DNA of 64,000 nucleotides from Perkinsus olseni (Eukaryota): NCBI GenBank assembly GCA_013115125.1, contig JABANN010000126.1, positions 1 to 64,000 of the forward strand, read 5' to 3'. Shown piece by piece: positions 12,901 to 25,003 of this stretch (position 1 is its first letter; each line of letters starts with the position of its first letter). The notes under the pieces were generated by a model. It saw only the letters and a program-made list of their open reading frames with translations, ran no database searches and was not told where the DNA came from. The position numbers and the translations under genes were made by a program.

Positions 12901-15025
12901 GCTGTTGACCAGAACCGCAACTGCCGTTTCTCTGACCACCGCCGCGATATCGCCAAGCCTCGGTATAACCACCGACTCCAACGCATCCTCAACAGACCGA
13001 CCATGGACGAGACCAGCTGCCGCCTCCAGAACCACTATGCGGATCTGAGAGGCGATAATGAACGGGGAACCCAGAGGGCGCGAGCACCTTCCTAATCGAC
13101 GATCGGCTGAGCTTGCCCAAGCATCTGATCACAGCCGCTCTCACAGCTGAGAGGAGGTCTCCTCGTACTTGACAGCCTCCTCCAATTCGGCGTCGACGAG
13201 TCCACCGACCAGCGCCTCAAGCTCTTCTCTCCTCTTCGTGACAACCTCTTTAGAAAGAAAGGCGGCGGTGATACCTACCCAGATCCCTCACCCCGAGGAA
13301 GCTAAGCAGTGGCGTTAATAATCGTCGCCTTGATAGATCCTCGAATGAAATGCCCACCGTGAATCTTAGGTTAAACAGTGGTGAATCCAAGTTTACTTGG
13401 ACGAGCTGGATGTGCCCGTTCATGTGGTTGTGTTCTCACTTTCCACTCGGGAGCGACGGTATCCCAGAGTGGGAGGCCACGCGTTGTAGCCACCTAAAAA
13501 CTCTGCACACCCCCGCCTCCCTCCCACCATCATTGGCCAGCTGCACGCCCTCATGGTCATTCAGATCCTGCACGAGCTCATCAGTACCAAGGCCTGACAG
13601 CACTCGAGCTCCCGCGTGGCGGTCACCGATAGAAACCCACCAGACAGATGCTGCGTTCTGCTCTTCCTGATGCCACTCTGCTTCAGTATAATACCGACGA
13701 TACCGCTGGTGCCCGAAGGTGCCGGAGCAGGTACTACTGAAGGTGGGAAGGCTGAGTGGCGATTGAGAACGGCTTTGTAATGTCCCTTCCACTGACCCTA
13801 TCTATGCTGCGATAAGAATCTACGCCCTAGCTAAGCTAAGTTACTGATGGAGTTGCAGATTGCATTTCAGACAATTAAGTTCGGAATCCGAACTTAATTG
13901 TTTCCAACTTTCCAACGGGAAGATACTACCCGTGCATGACTAGCTTCGACCTAAGATACTCATCTTTGCAGCAACTGTCACGTTCACTGAGGACCTCGAA
14001 CCGAATCACTAATACGCCGCGGCCCTCTCGCTCAAAAGAATCCAATAGTCATGCTGGCATCAAACACGCAAGGTCGCCTCACCCAGTCCCCCTAATACCC
14101 TCTCCCGTCGCCCTGCGGCCTCGTTTGCCCCTAGGCACCATCGCCCCTTCACAAGACGCCGAGTCCGCCAGCTGTGGCGGTAGATGTTCCGGTTGGGGCT
14201 GCTGTATCATCCTCTCGAGATGGGAATAATTCACGGGAGACCTCGCCGCGCTGAGCCTGGCCGAAGATCGGCAGCCCGCCCCCGACCTTGTAGGCATCAA
14301 TAAGGGCACACTATGAACAGCATAGCCGACCACCGAGGCAAAGTTAAGTACACCTTTTCATCCTAATCGCCCAGACTTATTTTCAGAAGGGAGAAAGATT
14401 GCTGCGTCACCGAGTGTCACCAGTGATGCGTACGAGTGCGCGCGAGAAACCTTTCTGCAAAGGCGTATAAGAAGACATAACGGAGATCTACTACAAGGTG
14501 ATGTGAAAGAACACCACAAAATTCTACCGCCTTCAAGAAGGAAGGATTCTCGAAAAATCGAGGTATCACGCACCTCAATAGAGAGCGGAGTATTCCCAAC
14601 TCCACCAGGCCTTATCAACCGTGAGCCGACACATTCCACAGGCCTCCCTTCAGTTGCTCTTGCCAGTTCACTCAGTAGGACGTACGGAAGTTACTCTACT
14701 GCCCTTCTGTCTTCCACACTTGTACCGTTAGTCACAGTTCCCGGAATATGGCATAAAAGACAAGCAGTTGCTCAAGCAAAACTCATATCCTCTCCACGCC
14801 GTTACTCATACTAAACCCAACCCGGAGTGGCCGTTATCAACATCATCATCATTCATGCTCGTCGTCGTCCACTTTACGACGGTACCCTCCCTTGGACAGC
14901 CTAACCTTCGCCGAATCCTTCAGCCCCTCATCACTGTTTCTTTGCATCATCGAATCGATTGTCTCTTTCCGAAGACTATCCGGGTCGATTCTGATGAGAA
15001 AACTGTCAAATCCGACCGGAATCAT
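9930..15025 (-). CDS. Multi-exon HEAT-repeat protein, STAG/Scc3 (cohesin SA subunit)-like; limits approximate, may continue 3' to exons near 5.9-7.0 kb
   Basis: Exons VIPRLGDIAAVVRETAVAVL, SDPESAVRAAGLTAM and SMLLDCCYDATVRVQNAAGRLLEVLFDNDEEMASEE follow the order and pattern of the stromalin conserved region (HRYRD..EIR..C; HD...VR...L..L; SMTLD..DVAV.AI.L). GT-AG introns. Confidence 0.5.
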
Positions 15026-18000
15026 CTCGACCAGCGTGGAGGAATATCAAGTGCCCAAGTTCCCCGAACCCGCCAGCAGCTATCATGCTGAAGCTTCTAT
15101 CAGAAGCCAGACACAAAAAATGCCAAAGATGAATCGCTTCGCTCCGCTCCTAACCTGCTGTCAACATTGAGGAGAGTCCTGACGTCCGTCGTAGCCAGCC
15201 CTCGATCTCCCATCTGCTTCCTCAACAACTTATCGTTTCGAAGGCGAGCCGCGACCGAGTCTCTCTCCGCCTCCTCTGCAATCGCCGCCAGATCAACTTT
15301 CTCAAAGTCCGTCGGCTCTGAACAGCGGAGCGAAGCAGTCCAATCCACAGATTACAGTGGACTCACGGAAGCGAGAGGCCCCTCCTCCGTGCAGGGGCAC
15401 CGTCAAGCCCAGCCTGACCGTCTTCTCATCGCCTGCAGGACGAGCCACGATGCCAATCTCAATCTTGGGTTCCTCAACTTACTCGTCGGCCGGCCCATGT
15501 CGTTTGCTGCTGATGCCTTCGGCGCCCTATTGAGCGTCTGAGCGGAGCGAAGCGTCGATGGAATGGCAAAATCGAGAAGATACGCAGGTCGTCATCTCAC
15601 CTGTTCCGTCCGAGAGATGTCTTCCATCGGATCGGCAAGAGCCGTGGCCATCACAGTTTCTCTCAGTTCCTGAGACACAGCGGATGACCCAGGTTCGATC
15701 CCCGGAAAAGGCAACTTACCTGCAGTGTTTGCTGGGAGGCCTTCTCCGCAACGCCCTTCCTGGCGAATTGGGAGGAGAACTTCTGCTTCATCAGCAGCCT
15801 GAGAGCAACTCGCCTCAGTTCGCTCTCCGGCGAACTAAGTTCACCCAGGAGATGGAAAGCGTCAAAACTTTGTCGTAATTTGTTTGGCAGTTGTCAAAAA
15901 ATTGTTTCTTCCCGTTAAGTTAGACCACCCAAATCGATCAGTATCCACGAGAAAGCGACAGCTAGCCCGCTACCAGCGCAGTGCGATCGTCATCGGATCG
16001 AACTTCTCTACCCAACCCGTAACGACGAGCACGAGCGCATAGACTGTCGAGATAAAACACCACCAAGACTGACCTCTCATGACGTGACTTCGGTGCGAAG
16101 AAGTGGTTAACCTGCTTCTTGCGCCACTTGAAGTGGTCCAGCATCTCCATCAGCTTCCTCCGCGTCAGAGCCCCGCGCCAGCGACGCTGCAGTAAACGCG
16201 ACAACGTCCATCGGGCGATCAACAGACCCCTCCACCAGGGAAAAATTAAATTTTTGGCGTAAAAGACAATTCTGATACCACAAGCGGCGGAACTCGAGTC
16301 GTGAAGTCGAACACACGCACTTCGTCCAATACTTTAATCCACATATTCCGGAGAAATCTTTCAAATACCCGCAGAGCTGCTCATCACACTCCTACTTGTA
16401 TTTTAGTAACTAATTCCCTTCTTCGCTTGAACTGGACCCTGGCCTCGATGCCTCTGCTCCACCCTTGCAGCTGGCTGATGGCCCACAACACCTTCGGTCG
16501 AGCTCTCCGCATGTGCTCAGTAAATCGAGGATCAAGACGCTCCAGAAGAAGCAGGATCTGTTATGAGCATGACCGCTGCGCCACGAAATTATCGTCGTAC
16601 GTTGGTGGCGTCTTGGAAGAGATGAAGTTGACGGTTGCCTTTATGATGCAGCATGGTGAAGCAATAGGTGCACATTAGCTCGTGGCACTGTTCGCAGTAT
16701 CTAAGGTTGAAGCTGGCTCATGACGAACGGCAAAGATACGACCGACACCGTGGCTCTCGTCTTGTTGCACTGATTGCACAACGGCCGCACGGTGACCTTC
16801 GTGACGGTGTGCTGTCGACTGACAGAAATAAAAATTGTTACTCATGAATCGCTTCGCTCCGCTAAGGACTACTATTACCGATTGCCATTCAAATGGCACC
16901 TCCAAAAACAAGGGACGCAAAAATCGTCTGTGCACTGATCACAACGGAAGGCCGCCGGGGCGTCACTGAAAAGATGCCGAGGTCGAATTTCGTGGCGCGT
17001 GACGGTCTCACCGGCACTCCATGCACTTTTTGTTTGATTGATCGACCATATCGCCATCGCTCGCGGTGACCAACTGCGCATGATGATCACTCCGGAATCT
17101 GATGAAAATGCGTCTGCCGGGATTCGAACCCGGGAGACTTACCCTTTGCGATGAAGCTGTTGGAAGCACGCGAAACAGAAGTAGTCGTCACAGCTCCCAC
17201 AAAAGACCTGTCATCAAAACGACGGCTGTCTCCTTCGAACCCACGACCTTCGCCATAATAGACCACCATCATCCCCTACTTGTGGTTTCTTCTTCCCGCA
17301 ACTCGAGCACAGTGAGCCCACCGCTGTTGGAGCCGCCGTATGCTTGGACCTCGGTCCCGGTGTGAAGTCGTGTAATATAGAGAAGCACGATTGACAATAG
17401 GATTGTACCTGAAATCCTCACCCACTGCCAACCCCGCGCCACACTTAAAGTTCTTCCAGCGAGTTATGCGTGTTACTCGCTGTGGCGTGAGAGTTCGGCT
17501 ATGAAACTTGAAGATGATGAGGCCAGTGAAGCCCTGAAGCACCCTTTATTACACATTGTTCGCATTTGACGGTCGATTGAAGGACGCCGCAGTCTTGACA
17601 GGGCAACTGCAGGTTTCTGAACTTGCTGTGGTAGAGGACGTCTGGCTGGGTGAGCAAGAGCTGAGATACGACCAAAGATCCTCTCCGGCGGAGAGTCTCC
17701 ACCCGGGAAGGCCAAAACCCAAGGAATCGTGCGCGACAGTCAAATAAAAGCATCCTTAGAATTTGTACACCTTTTTCCCATTCCCAACGCGGAACGGCTC
17801 CACTATCGTCACTCGCCACGAAATTCCCCACCTTATTAACGCTGGGTTTGGTGCGCATTGCGATGAGGTCGAGCCTCTGGCGTTCGAGGACTTTGAGGAA
17901 CCTATTGGTGAGGGGATGCTCCAGGGTGAAATAATCGTTCTCTGTGTCATGGAAGTACCTAATGGAAGCCCACCCTACCACCGCCTTCGACAAAGGAAAC

Positions 18001-18888
18001 TGGCCTACACGATGTTGCTATGACTGACGAGCATCTCCGCGCCCGGAGGCATCGGGGTGGCGCACATCTCTCGGGCAACCCTACAGTAAAGGGCCTCAAG
18101 CCAGCGGGACTTCTGATATTTCTCCTACCATGATAGCTCTGGTTCGAGCACTAAGTCGATTCCAAGATATGCGACATAGTCGGTGGTGGAAAGCTGGGCC
18201 TGAGGTGAAGCAGAACAAGATATGCCGAACCGTACCCGGCGGGGGATCAGAATTTGAATCGCGGCGATTCAGCTGAAGCCGCTGAATTTCCACCGACTCT
18301 GAGAGTCGGACTCTCTATAGAGGGAACCCATTCGAATAAACCTTCCTACCCAAATGACGAGCAACTCATCCAAGTAAAGGTGCGATAGCAAATGAAACCG
18401 AACTTTGGCGCGAGTCTGCGCAGCCTATTATATGTAATAACGATGAAAATCCACCTGACGACCGAAATCATCGGCAAAGGTGGAATGGAGCACCGACAAC
18501 AGTTCGCTGGTGCCTTGAGGTCTAATGAAAGGTAATAATTCAATGTGGCTAGCTAATAGCTAGTAGCTATGAACATAACCCGGAGGCTCCGGGCCGGAGC
18601 CCTAGGGTATCTGCATCCCACGGCAGTCATATGATAGTAGGGAAATAGGACGTCCAACGCCACAGTAGTCAAACGCCTATCAGTAAGATCTCAGGAAAAA
18701 AACCGGTGAAAATTTTTAAATTTTTTTTGGAAAAATTTTCCTTCTACATATTACATGCTTTCTACCCAAGCCCGTTGAAACCGCCCCTCTTACTCCCTGG
18801 TAGGGTACCCTGAGGCTTCTCGCGGCGATGGTCTCGTTGAGGAAGTCGATGGTTGCGGCATCCAAGTTGGTCTCTCCAGCGGCGGCAT
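15006..18888 (-). CDS. Multi-exon protein with WW-like segment, tandem B-box zinc fingers and IQ-like motifs
   Basis: Spliced exons give YFHDTENDYFTLEHP, CQDCGVLQSTVKCEQC, VFCGSCDDYFCFACFQQLHRKGFRSDH, FRCDQCTDDFCVPCFWRCHLNGNRRQH, and the IQ-like LQGWSRG and QRRWRG. Ends approximate. Confidence 0.7.
17109..17134 (-). pseudogene. tRNA-Gly-like 3' fragment (T-arm, acceptor 3' strand, then TTTT) inside a 44-nt intron
   Basis: CCCGGGTTCGAATCCCGGCAGACGCA-TTTT within intron 17099-17142 (GTAAGT...CATCAG); the flanking exons join in frame as HRKG-FRSDH. Confidence 0.7.
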
Positions 18889-19024
18889 CCTGACGACAAT
18901 CACAATGAATGTCCGAGGGCAGGAGGATTAACGACTCATGGACTATGATAGTGTCCGAGGTTACGATATTGACCTATTTTGTATCTTCCCGAAATCGACG
19001 TAAGATACCCCTGCGCTTACCTCG

Positions 19025-22000
19025 TTGGTGCTCACTGAGCTCCCAGTGTCGGACTCGGACTCCTCGCGGCCCATGTACAAAACTGTACTCTGGAAACAAG
19101 GAAGTCAATCATGCGCTGAGGAACTGCAAGTGAGCGCAAAATACGCAAGAGCTGGTCTGGAAAGGTCACGCTCATTTGTGCTGTTCTTTGCTACTATGGT
19201 ATCCTGTACAGACTCGCCGAAAGCAGACCAGTCGTCAGTATCGGACGAGGGCACCGTCGCTGGCGACGAGGATGCGCAGGCGAGGACGAAGCTGCCCGAG
19301 TTGGGCGAGTATAGGTAGTAGTGAAAATAACAGCGGATTTTTGTCTGACACATGCTTCAACCTAAGATACGGCCGAGTGAAGCCTTCGTTGCTCGGCTTC
19401 CGAAACGCCTCGGGCTTCACTGGGGGCCTAGTCGGCCAGAAGATGTCGGAGTCGTTGTGCAAGCTGGTCGAGTCCGACCCTCGGTTCATGGAAACTGTTG
19501 TTATCTTCTCCCAGAAGCTCATCTCATGTAATAGGGGGCATTGGGTGGAGTAATTCTGAAACTCAGAGTCGACTCTGGAATTGATTCTCGTATATGCGGT
19601 TCCAGAGTCGATTTCGAGTTTCAAATTCGGTCTATTGAACGAGGTGCGAGCTCGGTGGGATCCTCTGCTGCCAGGTGCGAGCTTCCAGCGGGACACTCCC
19701 AAGGCAGACCGGACGAAGAACCTCACGCTAAATCTGCTCACTGATATGCTTTGGTCGGTCCTCGTCCAAGTGTGGGACAGCGAGTCGATCGATTGGCGTC
19801 GTCGCGATGGCTTTGAAGACATCAATGACGGTTACGGCGGAATTATGCAAGTATCGGAGTCCGACCCGTACTTGCCGACCATGTCACGTAATTCTCGGAT
19901 GGAAGTGCAGAGAGGGGGCAGGGGAGGAGGGGGAGCGCAACAGCTCGTGAGTAGCTATCATAGCGGGGCATGGGCGGCTGGTGGACAGCCTGCAAGGACT
20001 GGCACAGGGAGACCTGGCCAGGGAGGGGGTCATCACGCAACGATCGATAGTAGTGGCGGCAGAGCTCGGCATGGTGGCGCACAGCCGCCTGTCGGACATG
20101 GAAACGGTAGAGGGAGGCCGGGAGCTGTACCAGCGGGGAGAACTGACGATGGTAGAGGTCGAGCTGGAGTAGTGCAATCGGGGAGAGCCGAGAATGGTAG
20201 AAGTGCGCCAGGTGGGGCGGTGCAGGCGAGGGACGATATTAGTGAAGGCCGACCGAATGGTGGGGGGACGAACAATAGAGGGAAGGCCGAAATCGGCCGA
20301 AAGAAAAGTCTTGTATTTGCGCGGAATCAGAGCGCAGGGGAAGGCCGAGCGCCCAAAGGGACCGCCGCCGCCGCCGCTACGACGGTCCCCAGCGGAGCGA
20401 GAAGGAGTACTGCGTTTGGGGGAGCTGGCGGACTAACGGAATTTACTGACTTGGGCGGGGGTCTCAAGGCGGTGCCGCAAGTTCAAGGCGAAGGGCAGCA
20501 GACTTCTATCGAGAAACAGTTGACGGCCAAGATGGTGAGACTTGACCTTCATAGAACCGTTCGGGAGCTTAGGGATCGTAGGGGCTTCGCATTGCTCGAG
20601 AAGTAACTATTTAGCAGCGGTTGACTCCTCATACCGTGTGCGGTGGTTGATTGATATGAGGGTTCATCGAACTGTCCGTGTGATTCTGAGGCAGTCGCCA
20701 GACTTTGGAGAGAATCTGTCAGGTTTACTTACGGAATCAGTACTGGACGGAGATAACGGAGCTGCGTGACAAAATGAGAAACATGGCACCTTATATGACA
20801 GAAGCAGTGAATGAGTGTTTGTTTAACGAGGAACCTAGATACACGGTAATAATGAACACCCACCGTGGGGCTCGAACCCACGACCACAAGGTTAAGAGCC
20901 TTGCGCTCTACCGACTGAGCTAGACGGGCTTGTGGGCTAATTCACTTATTCACTCTTCAGTTCGAACCAGAAGAGTTTATGGCGGAGCACCACGTGGAGT
21001 ACTTGGAAGCCGTTATCCGCGAGAAGACGAAGCTTGTCGCCACCAAATGTTCCGCAGCGGCGAAGCTCCAAATCGATAAGACCGTCGGTCTCCTACGGGA
21101 CACTCGCGCGGACTTGGTCAAAGTACAGAAGGAGGTGGCTGATTATGAGGCTACCAACGAGGCACTCCAGAGGAAGATAAACATACTCAAGAGCCAACTG
21201 AAAAGTAAATCCTTCTGAACCGTCTCAGAATTGTCATCCCGGTGGCCTCGCAGGTCAGCGAACGAACGCCGCGAAAGGTGGCTCTGGGGCGGGAGCAGCG
21301 GGCGCTCAGGAAGCCGCAGAAACTGAGAGCGTGTCGGCGGCGGCGGATGGGGAGGAGATGGATCCAGTGGAGCGACTGATGCAGGCTGAGGACCGCATAG
21401 CGGAGCTGCAGCTGATAGTCAATCGACTGGAGCAGGAGAAGTTTTTGGCGGAAGGCGATGCGGAGGCGCAGATGATGCTGATGAACGGAGCGGCGGCTGT
21501 TGGGTCGCAGGTAGTGAGGGTGTCTTAGGTTGAAGATGGACACTTTGCTAGAATCTTTGCTGTTGGCATCGGGTCGGCGACATGGGGTAATCGAAGCTCT
21601 TCTTCTGCGGGGGCGTACCACTCAGAGGCAGACTGTAGCAATGTGAGTGAAGCGTTCGTATGCTCGGGGGGGGGGGGTCGCTACTAAGGTTTCGCCTATG
21701 GGGCCATTAGCTGGTGTCTAGAGTATTGAACTTGGCTTGATTCTTGCGCGATTTGAACAACCCTGGCGGACTGTGCCAGGCACAAGCCGCGGAGGTGGCA
21801 CGACTCGAAGAGGAGCTGCAAGCGGCGCAGTCGGATGCGGCGAAGTGGCAGAAGGCGTATGAGGCGAGCGATTTCAAGCTCAAGCTGGCCACCGAGGATT
21901 TGGGTAGGTCAAATGCCTCCGCCGGGGATCGAACGTGGGTGCTTGTAGATTCGCTGCAGACCAAGTATGAATCTGGAGTTGGTGGGCTGGAAGGTCACTG

Positions 22001-24542
22001 TAAGAAGCTGGAGAGTGAGCTGGCGGCTGCCAAAAAGTCTCTAGAGGAGGTACTGCGGGAGGGTGACGATGGGAAAGTCTCACATCCGAGAAAACTTTGG
22101 CACTGCGCAAGCTCGTATCTTTCCACCGGAGGAGTGAGAGCCGGGTTGTTGATGATATCGTTTTCCGTGTTTCGCCAGCATCGACCTTGGATACCTGGTC
22201 AGGCGAGTAAGGCGGTGACGGGTCGAGTGGAAGCGGCGAGTAAGTCGATGGAAGCAGCTAATAAGGAGCTGCAGAGACAGCTGGCTGAGATGGTGAAGGA
22301 AAAGGAAACTTTGGAGAAGAAGACAGAGGCTGCAGAGGCGGAGGCGACGGCTGCGAGGGAAGAGAAGGAAGAGATTAAGGCATCATTGGATATCAGAAGC
22401 AAAGAGTAATAATGGACGGGGGTGGGATCGAACCAGCGACCTATGGCCATTCGTGTCCTCGTGATCATTTTCTGACGCATAGGTCGTTGGGATACCAATT
22501 TTTTCGGAACTTATCAACTATCGCTCTTGCCATCATCGACGAGATCTTCTAAATTGGAATGAGGGCCATAACAAAATGATTCCGGCCAGTCGTTGGTAGA
22601 GTAGTAACTCTTCTCTCTACCACAGCTTTTATATTTCACGCAAGGTTCGACCTAAGATTCTCTTCAGACCAGCGGCTGGCTCTCCCAAGGCTCCGAGAGG
22701 TGAGGAAGTGGCTGGCAGTATGAGGGACGCCCGGAAAATAAAGGACCTTGAGAGACAACTGGCGGTGAGTCGCAGTTGAAATTTTTCGATTTTTTTCGAA
22801 ATTTTTTTGCCTTTTCCAGCGGTCGAATGAGATGATGGCACAATTGCAGAAGAGGTCGATGGATGGGGACTCGACGAGTAAGGGTCTCGCGGAAGAATCG
22901 AACAAATGGCGGAAGAGGGCGGAAGGCGCGGAGGCTGAGTTGGAGGAGCTACGTGAAATTGTGAAGGAGAACGAGACTGAGATTTCCGAGTTGAGAGAGG
23001 AGGCGTTGAGGAAATTCGAGGAGGTGCAAGAAGAGCAAGATGAGCAGCCAGTCGAGAAGGTTGCTGAGCTTCCCTTGGAGCCAATAGTGCAGCAGCCGGC
23101 TGTTGAGGAGGTGAGGGAAGCTGTTTCCGACCCGGGCATCACCACGAGGATTGCGGAACTGGAAGAGGAAAATCAGAAGCTGACGCTGGTCCTGGTCGAA
23201 CTGCGGGAGAAAATGGGGGAAATGGCGACTCGACTGGAGCAGGGAGGAGTTTCTGGCGGGGTCGTTGAGGGTGTGCTTGAGGACGTTGGGCTGGCTAATT
23301 TCGCGGGGAGAGGTAGAGTGAGGAGAGCTACTCGGAATGTCTTCCAGCGGTTGTACGAGGACGCCTTAAGGAGGTTGCGGAGACTGGGAGAGCTGCGGGA
23401 TCGCGTGAGGACTTTGCAGGAGCAGGAGTTTCTGGCGATTTATTATTCTAGGGTGGGCTATAGGACTTTTACTGGTTATGAACCGGGATGGATAAGGAAA
23501 TACCGAAGGAAGTTGATGGTGGGGACGGCGAGGGAGCTGGAGGGTTCGGTGATGGGTCGTAGTGTTACGGCTGGCAGTACTGAATCGGAGAAGGTCGAAA
23601 GAAGGACTCCGGTCGGAGGTGGTGGTGGGCCTGCGGGGCTTAGTAGTGGTACAGGGGTGACGAGGAAGGAGCGGAGCGGTGGTGGGAGGAATCTGGAGGT
23701 TGGAGGTAGTAGGTGGGGATTTTAATGTTGGTTGACCTTTTTTGTAACGAGCAAGGGTGAAAGATTCGTTGACACGGAATTGAAAGTGGGATTATCGTAC
23801 CGGAATGACGTGCCTGTCCGGGCTTTTAGTAGACCTCCTTCGAGTTTCAAGAGGCCAAGCTCTCAGAACCGTTTTTTGCACGTTAAGTCCGATCCTGATA
23901 GCGTTTCTGGAATGCAGGAGAGGCAGTCTGTTGAAGACCAGATACCAATTGAGTTCGAAGCCAGCTCGTATCCGCAGGAGATTTTCGTTAGTTGTGACGA
24001 CGTCAAATTCGAATGCTTATCTTTACCGAAAAGAATCGTGAACTTTCCGTGCTGGAAATCGAGATCAAGTTTGAGCGCCTCTTTTCGGAGTTCGAGTTGC
24101 GGGGATCCCGCCGTTACAGTTACTAGACTACCTTCAACAGGCCTCAAGACGACGTTTCATAAGTTGGACCGCGGTCGAGTGGTAGGTGAACTCAGGATGA
24201 TTTTTTTCGACTTTTGTGTGATTCCAGTTGGGCTACGCGAGCAGCCCGCAGCTGCCTTTGCCATCGCATAACGTCGGCGGCTTCCATTCTGACGTACCCT
24301 CACAGCGGGCTCCTCAGCGAGCTGCCCCACTGGCGTGAGTGCTGCTAGCGGAGCGACGCAGGATTGTGTATTTTTCCGTCTTCAGGACACCGGGGAGGGC
24401 GTCGGTGGCAGCGGCCCAGCAGCGGCTTTATGACGTGTCGACGACCGTAGGGGCCGCGTACCTGATGTCGGGTTCAACCGCCCACACCTTACCAAAGCTG
24501 GATGTACTCATGAAACAGAAGAAGTCTCAGCCGAAGGGCTGA
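19025..24542 (+). CDS. Multi-exon long coiled-coil protein of unknown function
   Basis: E/K/R/A-rich heptad exons (20705-20845, 20961-21200, 21780-22405, 22820-23420) joined by GT-AG introns. Ends approximate. Confidence 0.7.
20857..20929 (-). tRNA. trnK-CTT: tRNA-Lys (anticodon CTT), antisense inside intron 20846-20960
   Basis: GCCCGTCTAGCTCAGTCGGTAGAGCGCAAGGCTCTTAACCTTGTGGTCGTGGGTTCGAGCCCCACGGTGGGTG: 73 nt, full cloverleaf with A and B boxes. Confidence 0.95.
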
Positions 24543-25003
24543 CCATGTTGATCATGTTGATGTTAAGAGCTGCGCTGGTTTGAGTTGAGTCTGTGGGAGG
24601 CAAGAGTATCTTTGGTTGAAGCGTGTCTGTTACAGGTATGTCACTGCTAGGCATTCATTAGAAGTATCATCAAAAATGCGAAGTGAAAAGACGGTTGCAG
24701 CTAGTTACTGTCGTGCAGGCTGAGCTGAATTTGAGGGGAAGAATAAAAGCGTGTGTGACACTCTCCTCTCAGACGGCGGGGCTGTTACGAGTCGATGATG
24801 GCGTTGTGCAGGCTAAGAGAATCTTTCGTCTCCATTACGGACCATGTCAACCTCTCCCGGCTGAAAGAGTATCTTAGGTTGAAGCGAGGCACTTACAAAT
24901 GCCTCCGTTGAGAATTTTTTGTGAAATGAAACCGAATTGGTTTACGTCGAAAAAATTGTATTTCCGAAAGTATTTCCGATATCATCCGCCGTCGGCGGGT
25001 CTG

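Noticed and set aside
19581-20606. 341-aa Gly-rich standalone ORF
   Set aside because: Appears to be read-through across exons and GC-rich intron sequence of the coiled-coil gene.
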